From Epiperipatus broadwayi (lineage: Eukaryota > Animalia > Onychophora): a stretch of DNA of 64,000 nucleotides. Below are positions 54,711-64,000 of this stretch, one piece after another (position 1 is the stretch's first letter; every line of letters starts with the position of its first letter). The notes beneath the pieces are model-generated. The model saw only the letters and a program-made list of their open reading frames with translations. It was not told the DNA's origin and ran no database searches. A program made the position numbers and the translations under genes. The stretch is taken from NCBI GenBank assembly GCA_028023455.1, contig JAQFVV010000010.1:14198001-14262000 (forward strand), written 5' to 3'.

Positions 54711-54945
54711 GTTAGTATTTCAAATGGTAGAATTTTAACATTAACATCTGGGCGTTGGCTCTTCGTACTCTTCTTTCTGTAAAAATGTATAATTACAAAG
54801 TGATTCTATTAATTTTGTTATTATTTTACTTTTCTACTTTTGTTAATATAAAGTTTTATTTTTAAATTTAGTAGTATGTATGTTATGTGTCATAATTGTT
54901 TGTATTAAATGTTTTTGTGTTGTGATGCACTTTTTGACTTTGCAG

Positions 54946-54973
54946 AGCCAACGCAAGTTCTTCGTCTTCACTT
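54946..54973 (+). CDS. Actn: Candidate 28-nt alternative exon SQRKFFVFT (phase 0-1)
   Basis: actttgcag| acceptor, T|gtaagt consensus donor, TGCATGGCATG 11 nt downstream. Confidence 0.45.
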
Positions 54974-56130
54974 GTAAGTTAAGATGCATGGCATGATCAC
55001 AATTTTCAACCGTTAAAAAAAAGAAATGCACCTCTCAAGACATTTTAAAAACCATTTATTTATTTTTTGTCTTTGTTTTCAAAACTATAAAATAACATTT
55101 TATACATTTTTATTGCAGTTAAACTCTGTCCTTTTTCACTCCAGAAAGGTAAACAGTTTTCACTCTTTAATTACATATGGACAGTTAAAATACCTCCCCA
55201 AAATAATTTTTTTTAAAACTGGATTATAAAAAAAAATTATAAATTATATATATATATAAAACAAAGAACCACTTTCTGTATGATTTAATATATAAAATAT
55301 AATTGATTTACTTAGACACACATGTTTGGAATAGACATATAAACATAAAGGTATGTATTAAAAAATACATATTTTAAGAAATAAAAATTTTGTCGTACTT
55401 CCGTTTATTAGATATATAATAGCTCACATTCCATTTTTCATATAAAAAAATATTAAAACGTAAACCACATTCATAAAACTTTATATATATAACATTATTT
55501 TTATCACTAAAAAGCATTTCATCAATAAACAGTATTATTTAGAAATGATTTTAAACATTCAACTCAAATAATACAAAAATTTCCAATGTGATTTATTAAT
55601 CCAACTTTTATATTTTCAGTAATCTTTTTTACCATCTTTAGGAACGAAATTTTTTACTAAGCAAGCATTATATTATAGCAATCACATACAAAGAAATAAT
55701 TATGTGACTTACTTTAATTGTTTAAAATTAATATTATTTGATTACAAAGCATTCAATAAAGACTACAAAAAAGATTGCTGAAATGTATTAGTTAATTAAT
55801 AAAAAACATCAAAAATTTAAATTACATTTGCATGTATAAAAATTATTCTGAAGATATATTATACAGGTTCAATATTATGGAAAAAAATGTTTATTAAAGA
55901 TATCAATAGTATTTTTATAACTTTTGTTTTTGAAGAACTAATAAAAGGATTTGAAAAATTTGCCAAAATGTAGTTGTTTTAATACTTTTATTTTTTGAGA
56001 AATTTAAGACATATATAAAAATTTGTCCTTATTAATTTTTCTTGTTTATTGCAGTATCAATTTTAGTTATACTAAGAGTAATGTAAGATTATGTAATTTT
56101 TCATTCTTATTTATCTTTGTGTATATTTAG

Positions 56131-56165
56131 ACCGAAAATCATATATGACTGTATTAGTTTACATT
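56131..56165 (+). CDS. Actn: Candidate 35-nt alternative exon (Y)RKSYMTVLVYI (phase 1-0)
   Basis: Pyrimidine-rich tract ending tttag|, ATT|gtgagt donor; restores frame with the 28-nt exon (63 nt total, no stop). Confidence 0.35.
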
Positions 56166-56670
56166 GTGAGTGCATTATGAATACCGATCTTTAATACTTT
56201 ATTTTAAATATATAAAATATACATTCTTCTTTTTTCTTTTTAAAACTTGTTAATTCAAACTATAATTTTATTTTTCCTCCATAACGTTTCAACTACATTC
56301 TGTGGTCATTCTTAAGTTTCCTTAAACAAAAAATGAAAAACATAAAAATAATAACACAAATAAATAAAATAATAATACGTCACAAATATATTAATATTCA
56401 AAGTCAAGTGCTCGAAACAAGTCCAGTCCATCACCATTGATTCATTTCATTGTAAAGTTTTTCGTAGTATAATCTTTAGTATATTAGTTTATCAAACCTA
56501 AATCCCAGGATTTATATCTGGTCAGAGTTTGGAGATGGTTTTTTTTTTTTAGAAAGTCAAGAATTTCTCAAGTGAATTCAAAGTTTTTCAAAAAACTAAC
56601 TTGGCCTAGTAGCAAAAACGTGATTATTGAATGGGTCTTTGTAGCTATTCTTAACTTGAATATTTTAGAG

Positions 56671-57392
56671 CAGTGTTTCTTAACTGTCAGTCCATGGACT
56701 CGTGTCAGTCCACAGAAATATTTTACCAGTCCATGAAAAATATTTAATTTGATAATTATAAAATAAATTTCAAAACTACAATTTATGCCATTAGTTAGAT
56801 TTCACAAAATGATACATTTTTAAATAACTTGTTTCTTTTTTAATTCTATAAAAAATGCAGTAAAATAAAAAAGAAACAAAATTCAATGGTATATTTATTG
56901 ACTTAAATTTTGTGATTTTTTGGGTTCAATATTTCTTGTAACAATTATTATGTGATTATATTACAATAATTATTATATGACCTGTAATTTTTGAATAAAT
57001 CAATGTGATTTTTATGGAATATTTGTTAATTATTCTTAATTAATATTATCTTTACAATAATTATATACATTGTTTGTGATTTTGTAAATGTATTTTTTAT
57101 GGATAATCAATATTTATGTTTATTAATCTGTGATTTTATTTTGTAATTTTATTGTATGAATAATAATACAACTACATATTTGAGTAGTTTGTTGTATTAA
57201 CTACGACATTATGTCATGACTTGCGAATAAAAAAAAAAAAAAAGCAGCATTTTAGGAATTGAACCATTAATATATATATAATCCTCAGATAAAAAAAAAT
57301 TAAGATAATTTATTTTAATTATGGTTCTGGTTCATGGAAATTTTTTTTGGAATCTAAGCGATCTGCAGAGAGAAAAAGGTTGAGAAACACTG
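56671..57392. mobile_element. hAT (Charlie-like) MITE
   Basis: TIRs CAGTGTTTCTTAAC / GTTGAGAAACACTG; 8-bp flanks ttttagag / tcatagag (6 of 8 match). Confidence 0.8.
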
Positions 57393-58597
57393 TCATAGAG
57401 TATAAATAGATGATTCTCAGTTTTCTTGCAAGAATAGACAATCTGGAGAGAAATGACGGAGATAACACCATATATCTATCGGTGTTGAATCCTTTACTTT
57501 TGTTGATATATATACACATAAAATATATGCAATATAAAAATATAAAAGACATTTGAAAATTTGATTCCAGTTCTAAGTTTACATTTGTATGATAGATTAC
57601 CACAACACAAGCATTGTGCATATAAATATTATTATTTTGCACTGTAATTGAAGCTAATGATTTATTCGCAGAATGATTGTTAAATTAATTAGTTAATATA
57701 TTATGCTTTAATATTAAAAATGCCATCTTTTAATAACTTTTGTATTTTTGTTATATAATATAGAATTCAATATTTAGAAACTTTAATGATAAAGAGCTGA
57801 TTAATTTAAAATTAAACAATAAAAAAAAAACAACCTGTCTAGACTCAATAAATTATTACAATTTAAAAAAAAAAAAGACAAAATAGCAACATGAGTTATA
57901 AATTCACTTCCTTTGCCCCCCCCCCCCCAACATTTCTCTAAAATTGATGTTAATCATTCATTATTTGTCAGAATAATCAAAACAAAGATTTAATGACGTA
58001 TAAAACTTTTAATATATGTAAACTGATGGTAGATTTTAAAAGTAATATAATATACACACAAGAATATTTGTAATAAACAGCCAAGATGTATTTACCATTG
58101 TATATAGTGCCAAATATTAAAAATATCTTAAATATTAACAATTGTTATTGTATTCTAAACAAAGTTTGAACACTCATAAAGCATTTATTTTATTATGGAC
58201 AGGCTGTTGACTTTAGAGCACAAACCTGGGTCTATTGTAACATAAAAAATATTAGTTTCATTTATAACTATTTTAAGACATTTTATTTTTAAAGGGTAAA
58301 AATTATTGCTTAATATAGCATGTTTAAACACAAATATATTAAATACATCAAATAAGGGTCAGGTATATAACCCCATCACTGCCAGTTTGAGAACTTTCAG
58401 CAAGCTATTTGCTCTAATATAATTATTATCTAACCTTTAAAACAAAGTATATAACATTATTATATGCATATGGTATGTTTATGATCCAGAAATAACAGGA
58501 ATTATTCTCATGCTTCAGCTGCTAATCTACCAAATGACATCATTGTGTGAAATCGTGGTGCCATGAAGTGTGTTTTGTGTATTTCTCAATTTTGTCA

Positions 58598-59014
58598 ATG
58601 ACTGAAAAGTTCGAACAATGTTAAATTTTGTTTTCGTTTACATAAATGGTAGCAAAAATAATTGTAATGCTTAAATACAAACTAGCTGATCTCATAAAAC
58701 CCAAGTTTATGAATAGTTTAATTGAAATGTTAAATTTACCACATCCTTAAAAAGTGTCGCAAGTGAAGTCCAAATTCAAAACAACGCTAATTTTTTTTTT
58801 TTTTGGCATTTTTCTCTCAGATTTAGTTCGTAACAGTCAGGCATTTTATCTGCAAGTTTTGAAATATTTACGTGATGCGATAAAATGTAAACATCCCGTT
58901 TTGTGGCAAAGAAAAGGATGCAAGCTCCACCCCAACAAAGTGTCATCTCTCAAAACCTTGAGTGTGAAACACTTTTTAATTAAATTTAAGCGTGGCACAG
59001 TGATATTCGCTTGA
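58598..59014 (+). mobile_element. Degenerate, internally deleted mariner transposase fragment
   Basis: N-terminal MTEKFEQ..VKFCFRL resembles mariner EQR..IKFCF; QAFYLQVLKYLRDAIKCKHPVLWQ...LH.N.....LSVKHFL resembles the mariner catalytic region (Y.EVLKRLR.A.RRKRP.LW...LHHDNAPAH...V..FL). Confidence 0.72.
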
Positions 59015-62000
59015 TCTCATTTCATGTGATTTTTTTTTTAATCTCTTGAATTAAAAAATGTCTCAATTTATTTTTTGTGGACTTTTAAGTGATGGTAAAA
59101 AAATGACAGAGGTATTAAAAGCCATCATTTTGCAAATATTTCTGGATTACTTTGAAAAATGAAAATCCTACACTTGTTTGGAACATATTGTATATATAAA
59201 CTTTTGTCTATATAAGTTAAATGTATATTTTATATATATGTAATAATTAATGTAACTATAAAAGTAATAGTTTAAATGCAGTTTTTTTTAATAATTTTTT
59301 TTTTTTAAAAAAAAAAAAAAAGTTAAATTAATTCTCTATATCTTTATTGAACTCTCCTTAGAAAAATTCTACAATAATACTGATATTGATGCATAAAGAC
59401 ATACAATGATTAGTTTGTATAATTTTATTGTTCATGCAAAGCTTAATATTTAAAACAAACATTTATATATTATTTTATTGATTATTAAAAAGATATCTGT
59501 CACTGAATTCAGGGCTGTTTTTTTTTTTTTTAAAAGTGTAGTAATCATAAAATATATTTACAATTATTTTACATCTATATTAATTAATACATTAATTTAG
59601 TTAGTATTAATATTTTAAGTTCTGAACTATAATTCATTTCATAAAAATAGCATATATTTTATTAAAATAAAATTTCTGAAATATGTTCATTGTATATTTA
59701 TAGTCGTCCCCCCCCCCCCCCAATAATATTTTTTTCAGCCAGTATGGAAATTGGTTCTTTGGATTTTGTCATTAAAATTGTATTTAAAAAAAAAAGAAAA
59801 ATCAAAAAAAAAAACACCATAATCAAAAATATTTAATATGTTCAGATGTGTTGCCATCAAAATTGTGTTCAAATTTGTTGTCTTTGTAATGTGTTTTTGT
59901 ATTAGCAGTTTTTGTTTGTTAGTTTTTGTTTTTATTTTTTATATATGTTTGTTAATTTTTATTGTTTGCTTGTTTTGTGTAAACAAACCTTATATTAAGT
60001 TTATTTTCTTTTTTCAAATATTTATTCTTTAAAGTAAACAAAAAATTTATATTTGTGTATATTTGTATTTATATAAATTATATTCTCAAAAAATGTGTGT
60101 GTACATAAATTTTTCTATATTAATCCCTAGATACACACACACACATTATGTATATATGTGTTGTCATATATAAGCTGTTACAAAAAAGTGCAATTTTCCA
60201 GAAAGTATTTTGTCTGTTGTGTAATATATTTGTAATTAACAATTACTATGCTTTTAATAATGTACCCTTTCACATTTAATCATTTGTTTGATAAAAGATC
60301 ACAATCTTGAATATCATATTTATTCGATACAGTATATATATGCACATTTCTTACTTTAGTTTATTTTTGATTATATATGTAATTTTAGATTGAACATGAT
60401 TTTATTTTACTGGTATTTTATTATTATAGTTCAATCTATATATTTTTAGCATGTAGTTAATTTATAATCATTTCTTATTAATGTAGATACATTGGGACCA
60501 TAACATTTTGCCTTGATTACAAAAATTATCCAAGTTTGATTTTCAAACTAAAATTAAAATGTAAAAAGTCAGATTAACTTTTAGATTGCACACACACACA
60601 AGTAGAATTAGATTGTCCCTAAGAGTTTTTATTGAAAAAATTGTCCAGCATACATTATCATGCATTTTTTCTTAATTCTGAATTATTTAGCTTTGAGAAC
60701 CAATGGAGTTGACATTGATACAGGCATTGTGAAGAAACTTTAACAGAGAACTATTTCAAACATAGATTGACATATCTTAAAACTTATAAAAATTTAGAAA
60801 ATCTTATTCATTTTATTATCAGAATAGTAATACTACTAGGTAATCATTTGATTTAGCTTTAAAAGTTGTAATTTTTATATGTGCTGAAAGCACAAAATGG
60901 CCAGGGTGGACATTTTCCTGGTATGCACATGTCTCAGTTAAACAATATGCTCATACAAATAAATTTAAAAAACCCTCAACATTTTATTAAATGGGATTTG
61001 TTTTAAAGAAGTAGCTTCTCCAATTAATCAGAATTGAATGTCTGTCAGATTTTACAAATTATGCAATTAAATACTGGATGATATTTGTTAATAATAAAAA
61101 TAATATATATCATAATATTTTGTATAGTTGTTTCTTAATTTTTATTAACAGTGGAACTGCCATATTTGCAACATTTAGTTCCTAGTTCCTTAGTGAATAG
61201 TACATATTTGTAGATAATAATGAATGCTACATGTATAATAAAAATAGTTTGTGCATATTCAGAAAGTATTAAAACAACAATATATGGATGGATCTGTTTA
61301 TTTACTAAAAATGCAAATATTTAAAAAATTAATTATACAAATTAAGATTTAAGCAAAAATAATTAATTTAAAAAAAACTGCATAATAGACAAAAGGCACA
61401 TTATTTGTAAACAAAAACTTAGCAAACTTAATTACATTGGGGGAGCTAATTAAAGAAAATTTAGTCCAAATTAATATTAGCTTTCAGCAATATTTTAAAA
61501 ATTAGTATATCACTTTAAAAAAAATAAATAAATAAAAATTCAGTAAATAAAATTATTAAACTTTTTTTTTGGCCGTGTTCCTTTATGGAAAGAAGATGGT
61601 AATTTGCATTGAATTAAAGTTTTGCAATTGGGATCTCAGCTGTGTTTAGCAGAGTTACAGTATCAATTAAAAAATTAAGAATTCATTTTTTTAAAAAATA
61701 AATTCTTAATTTTTATACGACAGCAACTAGATGACGATGGTTTTTGAGACAGCAGATATGGTGGTCTCATTATATAAAAATGATATATATATATATTACA
61801 ATGCGGGAGTGGCCAAACTTTATAAGTGTAGAAGCTGCATATGTATTCAAGAGCTGCAGTTAAATTTTTGAATTTATTCAATAGAAGTAAATATGTGACT
61901 TATAATTTTTTTAAAATTAATATTATTTATTAATTGCATTAAAAATTAAGATAATAAAATTAATAAATGAGAGAAAAATCAATAAAAAAATTACTTATTT

Positions 62001-62930
62001 ATTATTCACATATAATTGTATCTGAATAACAAGAAACTAAAATTTATCCATAAAATTTGTTAACAAAGCACACAATAATTCCACAAGCCATTTATTTATC
62101 AGTTATGCTTTGATTTTACTAACTTGTTTTGTTGAGTACAATGATTCACAAGAATACATTACAAATCAGCTTCTTTTAAATGAGGATACTTAGAGAATCT
62201 GGCATGAGTTTCCTGTTCATTCATTTGTTTTTTGGCTTGTTGAAGTCTGTGATGATTAAGAATTTAAATAAAAATTTCCAAACTTTTAAATCTAAAATCA
62301 AATAAATTATGCTTGTTACTAGTATATGAGTTTAATGGCAATAATTATTTCTCTAAATATAAATTAAAAGTAATTATTTGTATTGCTCCATAAAAGTAGA
62401 GGAAGTTGATGTTCAAAACATTAAATTAGAAGAACACACTTGACAACATTTGAATGAGAACTGTACAAAGAATAACGTCACTCGATGAAGTCCAAATGAA
62501 AACTGAATCGCTAAGTTTGAACAATATGTTATATTTCAAGGAAATGTTAACAATAAAACCATTGAAGTTGAAAATGTAAAATCATAAACAATCATTATAA
62601 AAATACCACCAGAAAAGAATAAAGCATGTATCGTTTCAAAATAAAATATAAATACATCCTGCGAATATAAATCATATCATGATTTTATTTCTAAAGTTTT
62701 ATGAGTCGGATTGAACCATCTAAAGATCTGTATGCAGCTTGTGAACCACAGTTTGGACATGCCTGCTATAATGTACACAATATTGTAACACATAAATAAT
62801 CTTATAGTGCTGTAATAATTAACTCATTAATTGCCAAAGCTATAGTACAGCAGGCCGTTACCCCCCCCCCCTATTTTATTATAATCTATTGAAATATGAA
62901 ACTGTATTTCAGAAAGTTTCATAATTAAAA

Positions 62931-63301
62931 CAGGCAAAACTCTCCATACAGTAGTGCCACTCAGTGCAAGCCAGAGTAATCAACAGATGTCAGAAGGCCT
63001 GTGCATAAAATCTCTATCTAGTACTTACTCATTCAGTATCCCCAGACTAGTTTCTAGCTTGTGGCTTTTGTCAGTGAGGAGTCTTGTATCTGAGAGCACT
63101 GCACCTCACTGATGAAAGCCACAAGCTAGAAACTAGAATGGGGATATTGGTTGAGTAGGCACTAGATAGGGATTTTATGCACAAGCCTTTTGGCATCCAT
63201 TGGTTACTCTGGCTTGTACTGAATGGCATTACTGTATAGAGAGTTTTGCCTGTTTTAATAATAGTTATGAGAAAGCAAAAGCAATGGTGATTATGTGATG
63301 T
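62931..63301. mobile_element. Family A copy, most symmetric palindrome
   Basis: caggcaaaactctccatacag...ctgtatagagagttttgcctg arms plus tail atggtgattatgtgatgt. Confidence 0.88.
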
Positions 63302-64000
63302 AAAGTTTCATAATAAAAGTCATTACTGACCAATTGGGTTTAGATTTGAAACATTTTTAATTAATGCATTTCCAATAGATACAGTTTTTTAATTTAAATA
63401 TGAAAATAATTGCATTATGTAATTTTGTTTGTCTATTCAAATCAATTACTCAGAAAAAGTTATAATTTTATTTACAAAAATTTTCTTTTGAAAACAATTT
63501 ATTTTTCGAATTAAAATTGAGAATACGGAGATAAATATTTCTCTTAAGCAAATTTTAAAAAAGTGACTTGTGTAATTTCATATATTTTGAAAAAATGCCT
63601 GGATAGGAAGGAATTATACATATAAAGATATTGTTACTTATGGTGAGAACTTTTTTTAAAAATTTATATATACTAGAAAATGTTTTTAATTAGAGCTAGA
63701 GTTAAACTTTATTAAAAAAAAAACAAGCTAAGAAAATTATAAGTAGTAAGTAATACATATTTTAAAAGTATACGTTTTAAACTTTGATATTGTTTTTTTT
63801 TTTTTCAAACACATTTATTAAAATTATTAGGTTTCATAAATGATCGACAAAAGCCACAAATTTTATTTCAAAATACAAATTTGCTCAAATGGATTTTAAA
63901 ACTAGCCAAATGTATATCTTTCTGCTAGGTTTCCCATTTGTTAGCTAGTTGCAACTGATCTATCTTGATGATAGTTAACTAAATTGTCATTACTGATTGT

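Noticed and set aside
55642-55703. 62-nt phase 1-0 segment after a tctttag acceptor
   Set aside because: Gives TGA immediately after the 28-nt exon, and the donor (gtgact) is weak.
58821-59014. ctctcag acceptor plus open frame as an alternative terminal Actn exon after the 28-nt exon
   Set aside because: The open frame is explained by a mariner transposase remnant; exonisation cannot be excluded but nothing supports it.

Overview
AT-rich animal genomic DNA, probably an arthropod (inferred from the protein sequence; the species cannot be determined). The whole window lies inside one + strand alpha-actinin (Actn) gene. Fourteen coding exon positions (1619-51353) splice in frame through GT-AG introns. 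They give about 484 codons covering the end of CH1, all of CH2, the neck and spectrin repeats 1 to mid-3. The N-terminal exons and the C-terminal exons (rest of the rod, EF-hands) lie outside the window. The last CH2 exon is a tandem duplicated, mutually exclusive pair (8a/8b). The introns carry DNA transposon remnants (Tigger/pogo, mariner, hAT MITEs), tRNA-derived SINE heads, a Penelope-like palindrome and a palindromic repeat family with hammerhead-ribozyme motifs. The main leads are: (1) a cluster of candidate microexons after the last rod exon, namely two in-frame 21-nt acidic exons and a 28+35-nt frame-compensating pair, with RBFOX motifs and an 11-bp RNA duplex that covers a 3' splice site; (2) extra candidate exons around 8a/8b; (3) intronic hammerhead-bearing foldback elements. 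All alternative-exon and ribozyme calls come from sequence inspection only and need RNA evidence.
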